In this document: positions 1 to 10,088 of the stretch, piece by piece
How the letters are laid out: the number at the start of each line of letters is the position of its first letter
Numbering within the stretch: position 1 is the first letter of the stretch
Program-made: the position numbers and the translations under genes
The notes under the pieces: model-generated
Told to the model about the DNA's origin: nothing
Seen by the model: only the letters and a program-made list of their open reading frames with translations
Database searches by the model: none
Assembly: GCA_043767805.1 (NCBI GenBank)
Contig: JAYUGC010000182.1
Span: forward strand, 1-48,425
From: Pseudomonadota bacterium
GTDB lineage: Bacteria > Bdellovibrionota > FAC87 > UBA2466
DNA length: 48,425 bases
Direction of reading: 5' to 3'

Positions 1-2
1 GG

Positions 3-1070
3 CGCGAGAAAAGGCCACGGGACGCCAAGGCGTTCTTGAAAAAAGCCATCGAGCTTTCGCCTCAGTCCGCTCGGCTCTACGTTCAGCTCGCCTTGGTGGA
101 AAACACCATCGGAAACGACGACGGCGCCTTCCGTGCTGTCGAGAAGTTCACAGAAATCACGCTGGGCCGCAGCAAGGCTAGCGAGTACCAACCGTACTTG
201 GAAAAGCACCTGGTGCATCTGCCCACGCTTCGCCAGGTCTTCTACCGCGGGCTCCTCGCTCTCGATCGCACCGACGCGACTCCGTTTCTCGCTTACGCCC
301 AGGCCGCCATCGACAAAAGCGACTGGGAAGACGCCCGTGAAATGCTCGTGGACGCTTTGAAGACGAAGTCGATGCCCGATCAAGTCGGCGAGAAGCTCAT
401 CGCGGTTCTGCACGCTCTGGGGGACGCGGCCGGCGAGCGCGCCGTCGACAGTTTCCGCTCGGGCCGCATGCCGCTGAAAGATCTCCTCGCCATTCTCGGC
501 AAGAAATCGAAGGGCGGCGGCGCGAAAGCGCCGGAGGCATCCATAGAGCCCGAGGACGAGTCTTTGGATGGTCTCATCGCCCGGCTCGAGGGCGAGATGG
601 GCATCGAGCTCCATGAGAAGCACGACAACGTGCGGCCCTTGGTGAATGAGTTCCGCCGCCGCTCGGAAGCGGTGCTTCGCTCCGATCCGAAAACACGCAT
701 GGATCTCGCCATGGCGTTTTTCGACATGGGGCTCGTCGACGACGCCCGCTCGGAGCTCTCTGCGGTGAAGCCTTCCGACGGCCCGTACCGGGACGCGCAG
801 ATGCTGCTCGGAGAAATTTTGTTTCAAGAAGGTACTTATCTCGAAGCCTTGGACGTGTTCCAGCGATGTCTGCGGGATGAGGCCGCGAGCCCTGAGCTGA
901 AAACGGAAGCGCTTTATAAGCTCGTGCAAACTTACGAGCATTTGGGAGACGACGAGAAGGCCCTCAAATGGGCGGAACGTTTGGAGTCGAAGTCACCGAC
1001 CTACCGCGATATACGTCAGATCAGGCGGCAAATCGAGGAACGGATCAAGGATCGGGCGTCCAAGGCCTAA
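3..1070 (+). CDS. TPR-repeat protein, 5'-truncated by the window edge; SgmX/Bd2492-like
   Basis: The frame is open from position 3. TPR-like helices include MDLAMAFFDMGLVDDARSEL, MLLGEILFQEGTYLEAL and ALYKLVQTYEHLGDDEKA. It lies directly upstream of tamB-tamA. Confidence 0.75.
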   Translation, partial: REKRPRDAKAFLKKAIELSPQSARLYVQLALVENTIGNDDGAFRAVEKFTEITLGRSKASEYQPYLEKHLVHLPTLRQVFYRGLLALDRTDATPFLAYAQAAIDKSDWEDAREMLVDALKTKSMPDQVGEKLIAVLHALGDAAGERAVDSFRSGRMPLKDLLAILGKKSKGGGAKAPEASIEPEDESLDGLIARLEGEMGIELHEKHDNVRPLVNEFRRRSEAVLRSDPKTRMDLAMAFFDMGLVDDARSELSAVKPSDGPYRDAQMLLGEILFQEGTYLEALDVFQRCLRDEAASPELKTEALYKLVQTYEHLGDDEKALKWAERLESKSPTYRDIRQIRRQIEERIKDRASKA

Positions 1071-1076
1071 AGAGCG

Positions 1077-4000
1077 ATGCGCAAACCTTTCGTCATCTTC
1101 GCGGGGGTGCTGGCAGGATCTTACCTGTTGCTTCACCTTGCTCTCGGCAGCAGCCCCGTGCAGCGCTGGGTGCTGAGCGAAATTCAAAAGACTCTCGCGA
1201 AGTACGGCGTCGAGCTCAATATCGAGAGCATCGAGTTCTCGGCCTTCACGCCGAAAATTTATTTGAACCGCGTGAAGCTGTCGACCTCTCCGCGGGCCAT
1301 CCTCCAGTTGAGCTCCCCCTTGAGTGTCGACAAGATCAAATTGCAGTTTCAGCCTTTGGCGCTCATCTCCCGGCGCATCGTCATCGAGGAGGTCGTCCTC
1401 TTTCATCCTCAGGTCTTCGTGCCTCGGGCGGACCGGCTTTATAAGCGCATCACGGGCCTCATCAAGGAAAATCAGTCCATCGAGCTTAAGGGCGGGGGCA
1501 ACGTCTCGGTTCTGGTTCGCAAGGTCGGCGTGGTCGATGCGCTCTTCGACGTGAAGTCGCTCGATCCCCCCTTCTCGGTTCGCTCGCGCAGTCTTTCCGC
1601 CTTTCTCGAACGAAGCGCGGGGCAGCAGCAGGAGATCAGCATTCAGTCCAGAAACCTCGAGCTCGAGCGCGGGGCCCTGCGGCTCGTGTTGCAAAACCTC
1701 GACGTGGACGTCGACATCACGCCGACTTCCCTGCGCGTGAACCGCTTTCTTGCCTCCGGCGAGAATCTCTCGGTGAACGTGAAGGGAACGTCCTCGCTCC
1801 CCTTTCTGCCTTCTAAGGGACCTGAGTCCTGCCGGGTCAGCTATGACGTGAAAGTGCCGCTCGGCTTTCTGACTCAGGTGCCGGAGCTAAAGGTGAATAA
1901 GCTCTCCGGAGAATTTAATTCCGGCGGCTCGCTCACTTTGAATAAAGGCACCGTCACGGGAAGCGGCGACTTCTCTTACGCCAATCTCAAATTCGACGGC
2001 TATAAAATCGGTGGTGGGAAGGCCGCGTACAGTATCGACGATCAAAAGGCGACGCTCTCCAAGATCGACGCTAATTATGCGGGGGGGCAAGTCACCGCGA
2101 AGAGCGTCAAGGTGGGTCTCGGCGGCCGCTATCCCATCGAGGGCGACCTGGACTTGAATGGCTTTCTCATCGAGGGTTTACTCGACTCGCTGAGAACCCC
2201 GGACTCCGCGGTGCGCACGAAGCTCAGTGGCACCCTCAAGGCAAAAGGATTTCTCGATGGGCCGCTCGCCATCGACGGCGACTTGAGCGCCCACTACTCG
2301 GACTTCTACGTCTTGGGCTCGGGGGATAAGCCCGTCACGCCCGACAACACCATCTTCAACTTCGGCAGCGGCGACGTGAACGGCAAAGTCGCCTTTCTTG
2401 ACGACCGTTTCACCTTTCAGACGAAGCTCGAGGGTCTCGGCGGCACGGCCGACACGGAAGGCTTCGTCAGCTACAACAGCTCGGCTCGCATCAAAGCCAA
2501 AATGGAGAACGTGTCTTTCAGCCAGATTAAGCGCATCGCCTCTCTCGAAGTGGGTGGCAAGGTGGGGCTCACCGCGGAGGTCGAGGTCAAAGGCAGCGAC
2601 GTGAAAGCCGTGGGCGGCCTCGATTTCGCCAATGCCGAGATTGCCGGCATCCTACTCGGCAATTTGAAAGGGCAGGTCTACTACCAAAACATGCTCCTCT
2701 CTTTCGAGAATATCGAGATCCCGGCCATCGAGCCCATTCGGGGCAATGGCTACATCGATTTCAGTAAGGACGACTTGCACTACAAGTTCGGCGTCGACAT
2801 CAACCGCGCCAGCATGAATCAGCTCTTCGACATCTTCCAGAAAGTGAAGCTGGGCTTTTCTCCGCCGAAAGGGGGCGAAGGCTCCGCTCGGGTATCCATC
2901 GAGGGCGGGCACGACAAGCGCGGCATCGAGGTGCTTGCGTCAGGTAAATCGAAGAACTTCGAGTGGTACAACGAGAACTGGGCCTCTTCCAAGTTCATCT
3001 TCACTTACCGCCCGGACTCCATCGAGCTCAATCGAGTCACGCTATTTAAGAAATCCGGAGCGCTCGATACCCAAGGGCTCTTCACGCCCACCCGAAACCG
3101 GCTGACGTTGCGAAGCCAAGGCTTGCGGGTCGAAGAGTTCGACTCGATTCAAGGCGCTCCCCTTGGCGGCGAGGTCCAGGGCGATCTCACGCTCGACGGC
3201 TCGGCCGGGGATCTTCTCGGCGGAGGCGAGGGCGAGATGAAGTGGTTGCAGGCCACCTTCCGCGGACAGCCGCTGCCGGACTCGACCCTTCGGATCAAGC
3301 CACAAGGAAAAGGGGTCGAGTTCCTGGGCAATCTTTTGGGCGAGGGCATGCGAGGCCGTTACGTGCGCGGCGCTCCCGGCGCCAAGAACGACGAGCTTCT
3401 CCTCTTCTTCCAAAAATTCGACTTCATGCCGCTCGTGACGTTCTGGATGGGAAAAGACATCACCACCGTAACCTCGGTGCTGGCGAGCGGGGATCTTTCG
3501 CTCAAGGGAAGTCTTCTCGATTGGCGCACGCTAAAGGGCACGGGATCGGTGCACAACTTGGAACTTGGCCTCAGAGGCACGCCATTAAAGAACCGCGAGC
3601 CTATCTTTTTGAAAGTGGAAGATGGCGACTTCGATTTAGGGAAGTTCTATCTCACGGGTCTCGACGGCGAGATTGCGGGGCAGGCGAGATTTCGCGCCGA
3701 TCGCGACGTGGAGGTCAACCTCGACGGAAAACTCGATCTGCAATACCTGCAGCCTTTCATTCCGGTGCTGGACTACGGCTTGGGAAAAAGCGTCATCTCT
3801 CTGCGGGTCTCCGGGAAGCCCGATAAGTTCAAGCTCTTGGGAAGCCTCGGGCTCGAGGACGGCGTCCTTCGCTTTACCGGATTAAAGGATGAGTTCCGCA
3901 ATGCGCAGCTGCAGATGAGCTTGTCGCAGGAGCAGGTGACCGTGGATAAATTCGAAGCCAACGTGAACGGCGGAAAGCTGCGGGCGACGGGCAGTATCGG

Positions 4001-5015
4001 CGTCAATCGCTTCACGACGTTCAAGCCGAAGCTCCTGCTGGTCGCCGATAAGATCGAGCTTCGGGTGAAGGACTACCTCTCGGTGCAGCTCTCGGGTGAT
4101 TTGAGCATTACCGGGAATGAAGCGCCCTACCTGCTTGCCGGTCAGTGCAATATCATCGAGGGCAAGCTCACCAAATTCGAAATGGGGCCGGTAGTCGACC
4201 TTTCAAAGGAAAAGCCGGCGTTTCTTTTCGATCTCAACTGCGAGGCCGATGACCGCCTCTTCGTGTTGACCGAACTCATGGACGCCGAGTTCAAGGGCAA
4301 GTTTCATCTGCTCGGCTCCAGCGAGAAGGTCGGTCTGGTGGGCCGGGCCGAAGGCATCCGAGGATCGGTCCTGTTCCGCGAGACGCGGTTCAATATGGAA
4401 TCGGCGAACGTCCGGTTCGGAAACCCCCAGGAAATCGAGCCTCGCTTCCGCGTGGCCGCCCGTGCGCTCGTCAAAGAACAAAAGACGATTACCCCGCAGG
4501 AATACGACATCAACCTGCAAACGTTCGGAACGCCCGAGGACTACAAGATCATCCTGTCCTCGAGCCCCGCCCTGACTGAGAATGACATCATTTCCTTGCT
4601 TCTGCTTGGCGTGACCAGCCGGGATGAAGCGAATTACGCCGGTCTCGGTAGCACCATCGCCGGGCAAGTGCCGTTTCAATCGAAAGTGGGTAACGAACTC
4701 GGTGTGAACATCAAGATTAAGACGCAGACCATGAAGGGTGGCGACGTGAACTCAAACACCACCAGCACCGCCGGCTCGGGCGGCGACATCACAGTGCCCA
4801 GCGTGCAGATTCAAAAAGAGATCACGAAGAAAACGAAGGTTTCCTTCTCGAACTCTCTCGATCCGGTGATTCCCATCCGCGAGCTTCGCATCGAGCAGAT
4901 TTTGGACGAAAACCTCTCCGTGAACGCGACTACCGTCAATCGCCCCCGGGGTGCGACGGAAACGCCCACGCAGAGCTACGGTTTGGATTTTAGATATCGG
5001 TTCCAGTTCGACTAA
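1077..5015 (+). CDS. tamB: Translocation and assembly module TamB (AsmA-like, DUF490 C-terminus)
   Basis: 1312 aa with an N-terminal TM anchor and a long beta-rich body. The DUF490-like end reads LSSSPALTENDIISLLLLG...YGLDFRYRFQFD. It is adjacent to an Omp85 gene. Confidence 0.85.
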   Translation: MRKPFVIFAGVLAGSYLLLHLALGSSPVQRWVLSEIQKTLAKYGVELNIESIEFSAFTPKIYLNRVKLSTSPRAILQLSSPLSVDKIKLQFQPLALISRRIVIEEVVLFHPQVFVPRADRLYKRITGLIKENQSIELKGGGNVSVLVRKVGVVDALFDVKSLDPPFSVRSRSLSAFLERSAGQQQEISIQSRNLELERGALRLVLQNLDVDVDITPTSLRVNRFLASGENLSVNVKGTSSLPFLPSKGPESCRVSYDVKVPLGFLTQVPELKVNKLSGEFNSGGSLTLNKGTVTGSGDFSYANLKFDGYKIGGGKAAYSIDDQKATLSKIDANYAGGQVTAKSVKVGLGGRYPIEGDLDLNGFLIEGLLDSLRTPDSAVRTKLSGTLKAKGFLDGPLAIDGDLSAHYSDFYVLGSGDKPVTPDNTIFNFGSGDVNGKVAFLDDRFTFQTKLEGLGGTADTEGFVSYNSSARIKAKMENVSFSQIKRIASLEVGGKVGLTAEVEVKGSDVKAVGGLDFANAEIAGILLGNLKGQVYYQNMLLSFENIEIPAIEPIRGNGYIDFSKDDLHYKFGVDINRASMNQLFDIFQKVKLGFSPPKGGEGSARVSIEGGHDKRGIEVLASGKSKNFEWYNENWASSKFIFTYRPDSIELNRVTLFKKSGALDTQGLFTPTRNRLTLRSQGLRVEEFDSIQGAPLGGEVQGDLTLDGSAGDLLGGGEGEMKWLQATFRGQPLPDSTLRIKPQGKGVEFLGNLLGEGMRGRYVRGAPGAKNDELLLFFQKFDFMPLVTFWMGKDITTVTSVLASGDLSLKGSLLDWRTLKGTGSVHNLELGLRGTPLKNREPIFLKVEDGDFDLGKFYLTGLDGEIAGQARFRADRDVEVNLDGKLDLQYLQPFIPVLDYGLGKSVISLRVSGKPDKFKLLGSLGLEDGVLRFTGLKDEFRNAQLQMSLSQEQVTVDKFEANVNGGKLRATGSIGVNRFTTFKPKLLLVADKIELRVKDYLSVQLSGDLSITGNEAPYLLAGQCNIIEGKLTKFEMGPVVDLSKEKPAFLFDLNCEADDRLFVLTELMDAEFKGKFHLLGSSEKVGLVGRAEGIRGSVLFRETRFNMESANVRFGNPQEIEPRFRVAARALVKEQKTITPQEYDINLQTFGTPEDYKIILSSSPALTENDIISLLLLGVTSRDEANYAGLGSTIAGQVPFQSKVGNELGVNIKIKTQTMKGGDVNSNTTSTAGSGGDITVPSVQIQKEITKKTKVSFSNSLDPVIPIRELRIEQILDENLSVNATTVNRPRGATETPTQSYGLDFRYRFQFD

Positions 5016-5020
5016 AAGTC

Positions 5021-7798
5021 ATGAAGCAATTGCGGCACATAACGACCCTTCTTTGGCTCGCCTTGCCTCTCTCTGTGCGCGCCTCGGACACTTCCGTCAT
5101 CGACGTCATCGACGTCATCGACGTCATCGAGTCCACGGCGTTCACCAAGGAAGAGACGAGCGACTTGGCTCGCGCTTTGGGCATTTCCGTGGGGGACGCG
5201 CTGGATCCCAGGCGCGTCAACGAAGGCATTAAAGCCGTCCATCAAAGAGGCAAGGTGGAAAGCCTTTTCGTGGAAGTGATCGGGCGCAAGGGCCGGCACG
5301 TAGCCGTCCTCTCCGGCGCCCGCTCGCGCGTACTCAGAACGCTCACCTTCAAGAACGTCGACGCCGAAATTCTCGCCTCCGTGCAACGAGGGCTGTCTCT
5401 CGAGGAGGGCAAGATCGTCGACATGCGGGCTTTTACCGAGCTGCGGGACCGGATTAAGGAAGCGTATCAGGAACGCGGCTATGCTTTCGCGGAAGTGGAT
5501 GTGATTCTCCACGACGTGGCCGGCTCGACCGAGGCCGACGTAGAGGTCGTCCTCAATACGGGCAAAGCCACTGAGGTTTCAGCGGTCCTGGTGACGGGTG
5601 GGACTCCCGAAGAGAATACGTCTCTCGCGGGGCTGGTCGGTATTCGCAAGGGAGATACTTATAGCCGCCGCGCCGTGGATGAAGCCGCCGAGAAGATTAA
5701 TCGGTACCTCCGGGCCAATCAGTACCCCACCTCGAAGGTCGAGCAGGTGCTCACCGAGTTTTCCGAGAATAAGCTAGAGGTGGAGATCCGGTTACTGGTG
5801 AAGCTGGAGGATCGTTTTTTATTCCAGTTCCGGGGCAACACGATTTTCGAGGACGTCACCATCCGCTCGATGCTGACCGAAGAAGTGCTGTCGCAAATCG
5901 ACGCTACGGCGAAGGTCGTGGAGCTACTGGAGACGAAGTACCGCGAGATCGGTAATCACTTCGCGAAAGTCGCGGCGAAGGAAGAGTCCTTCAAGAGCCA
6001 AAAGCTGAAAGTGGTGACCTTCGATGTCGATGAGGGGCCCAAAGTCATTCTGGACACGATCCACGTCAATGGCGGGGAGCCTTTCACGGAACGGCAACTC
6101 GGCCGGATGTTTCTGGCGGGAGCGCCCGGCGCACTTGCCCGAGGGGTTTACTGGGAGAAGGGCCTCGCGGCAGCCGCCGATACCCTGAAGCGGACCATCG
6201 TTGAAGACGGCTATCTGAGTGCGACCGTGGGCGCGCCGCGCGCGGTGTTTACGCCTGATAATAAAGGCGTCGATCTCTTTCTCGACGTCGATCCGGGCAC
6301 GCGCACCTTCGTCGCGCAAATCGATCCCCAAGGTTTTTTTCATTTTCCCCAAAGCAAGATCTTGCAGATTTTGGGAGTGAAAGCGGGTGACCCCATCAAC
6401 CGCAAGGCGGTGGACGAAGGCCGGGCGAAAATACTCGAGGCATATTCGGAGGCGGGCTACGTCGATGCGAAATATCAAGACGGCGAAGGCCACGAGACAA
6501 TTCAGCTCTCCGGCTCCCGCAAGGAATGCGTCATCCGCTTGCACTTGGTGGAGGGCGTGCAGTATCTCGTCGGTGACATCTCCGTCGTCGGAAATGAAAA
6601 GACTCAAGCCGAAGTGATCTTGCGCGAGATGAAGCTCGCGACGGGGGACCGTTACGATCCCAGACTCCTTCGTCAGTCGGAAGAGGACATCGCGCTTCTC
6701 GGTCTATTTACCCGCGCCGAAATCCTCGCCAGTAACAGCGCCTCTCATCCGAATCGCAAAGATCTCAAGATCGTGGTCAAAGAGAACCGGCCTGGCCTGG
6801 GCGAGGTCGGCTTCGGCGGCGAGTTCGAGGATCCGACCCTGCGCTTGAAATCGTTCTTCGGCCTCACTTATCGTAACTTGATGGGCCTCAACCAAACGGC
6901 CTCGGTGCGCGGCGAAGTCTCGCTTCCGTTTACCTCAGACAAGTTCATTCCGTTCGTGGAGTACGCGGCGGTGCTGGGGTACCGTGCCCCGTATCCCTTC
7001 AAGATTCCGATCTCCTTCGCGACACAAATCGGTTTGGACGGGTTTCAAATCGCGAGTATCGGCCCGAAGATTCAAAGACGCGCCCGCATCGAGCTGCGCA
7101 TTGAGAAAAAGATCTCGAAGTCGTTTACGGCGGTCTATCGCCTCTATCGTTACGAGCGCACCAGCACGGAGCTACTCGCCTCCAGCGTGACGACCCCATC
7201 GCTCAAAGTCGACATCATCGGATCGACCGGACCGGGCCTCATCCTCGATTTGAGAAACGACTCGTTTAATCCGACCTCGGGCAGTTATCACACGGCGGAC
7301 GCGGAGTTCGCGCACCCGAGCCTGCTTTCGGGCTCGAACACGGCGTTTGCCATGGTGGTGAATCGCAACTCGTTCTATTTGCCGATTTTCTCGCCGTTTC
7401 AACTCTCGGCGTTTGTGGGGGTGGGCTATGCGCGCTCGCTGCTTTCCGGACGGCCGCTTCCGACCGCTCGTTTGGACAACGATTTGGCGCTCGGCGGGCA
7501 AGGCTCCATCCGTGGGTTCTCGGTGCGAGTTTTCGCGCCGTCCGATACCTCGACGGAGACGGCTTTTTACAATGTGCGCAGCGAGCTTGGGGTCGGGATT
7601 TTCACGAACGTGACCTTCGCTTTATTTTTTGACAGCGGGCAGATTTTCCCGAACCTGAAGGCGGACCGGCGGCATGATGGCGTCGGCTTCGGCGTCCGCT
7701 ACAAGACGCCCGTGGGGCCGCTTGTCGTCGACATCGCGCAGGGGCTCGGTCCCGACAAGGAGTCGGTGAAGCTATACTTCACGGTAGGTACGTTTTAG
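5021..7798 (+). CDS. Omp85-family (TamA/BamA-like) outer membrane protein with multiple POTRA domains
   Basis: Signal peptide, POTRA motifs (VVGNEKTQAEVILREM), barrel motifs LGGQGSIRGF and GVGFGVRYKTPVGPLVVDIA, and a terminal Phe. Confidence 0.9.
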   Translation: MKQLRHITTLLWLALPLSVRASDTSVIDVIDVIDVIESTAFTKEETSDLARALGISVGDALDPRRVNEGIKAVHQRGKVESLFVEVIGRKGRHVAVLSGARSRVLRTLTFKNVDAEILASVQRGLSLEEGKIVDMRAFTELRDRIKEAYQERGYAFAEVDVILHDVAGSTEADVEVVLNTGKATEVSAVLVTGGTPEENTSLAGLVGIRKGDTYSRRAVDEAAEKINRYLRANQYPTSKVEQVLTEFSENKLEVEIRLLVKLEDRFLFQFRGNTIFEDVTIRSMLTEEVLSQIDATAKVVELLETKYREIGNHFAKVAAKEESFKSQKLKVVTFDVDEGPKVILDTIHVNGGEPFTERQLGRMFLAGAPGALARGVYWEKGLAAAADTLKRTIVEDGYLSATVGAPRAVFTPDNKGVDLFLDVDPGTRTFVAQIDPQGFFHFPQSKILQILGVKAGDPINRKAVDEGRAKILEAYSEAGYVDAKYQDGEGHETIQLSGSRKECVIRLHLVEGVQYLVGDISVVGNEKTQAEVILREMKLATGDRYDPRLLRQSEEDIALLGLFTRAEILASNSASHPNRKDLKIVVKENRPGLGEVGFGGEFEDPTLRLKSFFGLTYRNLMGLNQTASVRGEVSLPFTSDKFIPFVEYAAVLGYRAPYPFKIPISFATQIGLDGFQIASIGPKIQRRARIELRIEKKISKSFTAVYRLYRYERTSTELLASSVTTPSLKVDIIGSTGPGLILDLRNDSFNPTSGSYHTADAEFAHPSLLSGSNTAFAMVVNRNSFYLPIFSPFQLSAFVGVGYARSLLSGRPLPTARLDNDLALGGQGSIRGFSVRVFAPSDTSTETAFYNVRSELGVGIFTNVTFALFFDSGQIFPNLKADRRHDGVGFGVRYKTPVGPLVVDIAQGLGPDKESVKLYFTVGTF
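5096..5130 (+). repeat. 9-bp tandem repeat (GTCATCGAC) x3.9, in frame, encoding VIDVIDVIDVIE
   Basis: Read directly from the sequence. Confidence 0.9.
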
Positions 7799-7803
7799 GA
7801 CCC

Positions 7804-9606
7804 TTACGCGTTACGCGATCGGCGGCGGTGGCGGACGCGCGATTCGCGCTCGGACGCGGCGGCGCGCTCGGCGGACTTGATCTTCAAGCGCTTGCCGGCG
7901 GCGATGGCCGAACGGTGGAGCTTGTTCCACTTCTTAATCTCGCGGATGGAAACGTCGTAGTCCTTTGAAATGGACCACAGCGATTCTCCGGGCTGCACCA
8001 CGTGCGTGACGAAGCCGGCGTTATCCGCCGGATGCCGAGGCTCCTCGGCCGAAGCCGCGGTCTCTTCCTTCTCATCGCCGCCCTTGGCGGGCTCGCGGGC
8101 TTCCTCGTCTTCCTCTTCATCGGCGCTTTTTGCGGGCTTACGTACCTTAAGGGTCATGCCGGGATAAATCTTGGGGCGATCAAGATTGTTCCACTTATAG
8201 ATCTCCTGAATCGTCACGTCGTACTTCAGCGCGATCGCCCATAAGGACTCCCCCGAGCGCACCTTGTGGTTCGCAAGGTCTTTCGGCGCTGCTTCAGCCA
8301 CCTTCGGAGTGGGACGAGACACGGCGGCCACCCGAGGCGCGCGCGTCGCGGGAACGCGGGCGTTGTCCGGAATGAGGAGCCGATCGCCGGCCTTTACTTT
8401 TTCTTTGCGGCCCAAGTTGTTCGTGTTCATCAAAGACGCGGGCTGCACGCGGTAACGGCGCGCGATGCTCGCCAAGGTCTCTCCGCCGCGAACGATGTGC
8501 TCTTTCGGCATTTCGTTCTCGTCGGCCGCGAGCTTGTTGCGGATGGAGCCCAGCGCGCGTTCCACGAGAACCTTGGTGCCCATGGGCACGCGCAGCTCGT
8601 AGGAAGCGACGTCCGGCGGAACCATGCTGCGCAGGAGCTCAGGGTTCAAGTCTTCGAGCTCTTCAACCGGCTCGTTCACCAGTTTCGAAAGCTCTCTCAG
8701 ATGGATCGGAAAGGTGACGGTGACCGTTTCGAAATTCAGCGGCTCGTCGTAAGTCACGCCGCCGAAGCCGTACCGATCGGGGTTTTTAGCGATGATGGCC
8801 GCGGCGATGAGCTTCGGCACGTAGTCCTTGGTCTCGCGGCGGACTTTCTTGCTGGCCCGGATGGTCCAGAAGTTATTGGATTTGAGCGCTTCGACTGCGC
8901 GCAAAATCTTGTACTCGCCCGCGTTGTAGGCCGCGGCCGAAAGGTACCAGGACTCGAAAATGAGATAGAGATCTTTTAAGTACCGGGCGGCGGCTTCCGT
9001 CGAGTGCACCGGATCGCGGCGTCCGTCGATCCAGGGATCGACGCGAAGGCCATAGCGGGTGCCGGTGGCGCGCATGAACTGCCAGGGGCCGACCGCGCGG
9101 GCGCGGGACTTGGCCTTCATGTTGAAACCGCTCTCGATGAGCGCGAGGTAGACGAGATCTTCCGGGAGGCCGTCTCGCTTCAAAATCTTTCGCATGGACG
9201 GGATGTAGCGGCTGGAACGGCCGAGGTAACGTTCCATGTGCTCACGTCCGCGGCCCGTGAAGTAATCGATCCAGCCTTCGACCGCGGAGTTCATGGTGAT
9301 TGGAAAATCGTAGTGCGAGTTATCGTAGAGCGTCTGGGTATTGGGCTCTTCGATACGGATGATGTCCTCGATGCTGGCTTTTTCCAGATCGGCGGCGGAC
9401 GTCTCTTTGCTCGCCGCGACCGTGGCCTCGATTTTTTCGGCTTCGGTGGCGGAGACTTTAGTCTCTTCCGTGGAGGTGGTCGTCGTGGTCGACGTCGTCG
9501 TTTTGGATTTTTCCGTGAGGGCCGCGCAAGAGGTCAAAAGCACCGACCCGAGGCTCAGCAAGGCAATGAAAAACGAGGAACCTTTTTTTGGTTTCACAAC
9601 CGTCAT
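7804..9606 (-). CDS. mltD: MltD-like membrane-bound lytic transglycosylase lipoprotein with three LysM domains
   Basis: Lipobox LLTSC. SLT motifs IESGF, AVGPWQFM and AAYNAGE. Three LysM repeats (HIVRGGETLASIA, HKVRSGESLWAIA, HVVQPGESLWSIS). Confidence 0.85.
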   Translation of the reverse strand: MTVVKPKKGSSFFIALLSLGSVLLTSCAALTEKSKTTTSTTTTTSTEETKVSATEAEKIEATVAASKETSAADLEKASIEDIIRIEEPNTQTLYDNSHYDFPITMNSAVEGWIDYFTGRGREHMERYLGRSSRYIPSMRKILKRDGLPEDLVYLALIESGFNMKAKSRARAVGPWQFMRATGTRYGLRVDPWIDGRRDPVHSTEAAARYLKDLYLIFESWYLSAAAYNAGEYKILRAVEALKSNNFWTIRASKKVRRETKDYVPKLIAAAIIAKNPDRYGFGGVTYDEPLNFETVTVTFPIHLRELSKLVNEPVEELEDLNPELLRSMVPPDVASYELRVPMGTKVLVERALGSIRNKLAADENEMPKEHIVRGGETLASIARRYRVQPASLMNTNNLGRKEKVKAGDRLLIPDNARVPATRAPRVAAVSRPTPKVAEAAPKDLANHKVRSGESLWAIALKYDVTIQEIYKWNNLDRPKIYPGMTLKVRKPAKSADEEEDEEAREPAKGGDEKEETAASAEEPRHPADNAGFVTHVVQPGESLWSISKDYDVSIREIKKWNKLHRSAIAAGKRLKIKSAERAAASERESRVRHRRRSRNA

Positions 9607-9775
9607 GCTTACCTCACGAGAATGGGAATGTCTAAAATTGCTGCGGGATTAGCCGCGGGCGATCGGGAGAGGACTATTACACATTATAGCGAGCTGATTC
9701 AATGGAATGCCATGTATTTCCGGAGGTGACGCTTCTTGGCAAATCCGGGAAAAAGGTTCACGAAAAAGACTCGCG

Positions 9776-10015
9776 TCAATGGCCGCGGTCAGGCTTGCGG
9801 GCAGGTTCGAGCAGGCTCGCCATGATCTCGCGCAGGTAGCTCGCCACGACGCCACGCAGCTGGTCGAGAGTCAGCTCCTTGGGGTCGAGCCCTTTTCGTT
9901 TCATGATGGCGTTGAGCTCTTTGCGGATCGTGCGGGCAGGGATGCCCGTCATTCGGATTACCTGACTCATCAGATCCTCAGTGGGTGAGGACTGTTTTTT
10001 AGGTCGTTTCTTCAA
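9776..10015 (-). CDS. Small helical hypothetical protein (start TTG 10015 or ATG 9970)
   Basis: Fills the gap between dnaB and mltD on the same strand. Protein-like amphipathic helices (TGIPARTIRKEL...LTLDQLRGVVASYLREI). A candidate TTGAGC-N16-TAGCAT promoter lies just upstream. Confidence 0.6.
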   Translation of the reverse strand: MKKRPKKQSSPTEDLMSQVIRMTGIPARTIRKELNAIMKRKGLDPKELTLDQLRGVVASYLREIMASLLEPARKPDRGH

Positions 10016-10088
10016 GGTGTCCGAATGGGAGAATGAGCCTCATGCTAGCACACGAGTTTTTGCGCTCAAAAGAAATCTTTACCGAGAG

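Noticed and set aside
9670..9715. sigma70 promoter for mltD (TATAAT at 9688-9683)
   Set aside because: The -10 is perfect but there is no properly spaced -35, so it is too weak to list.
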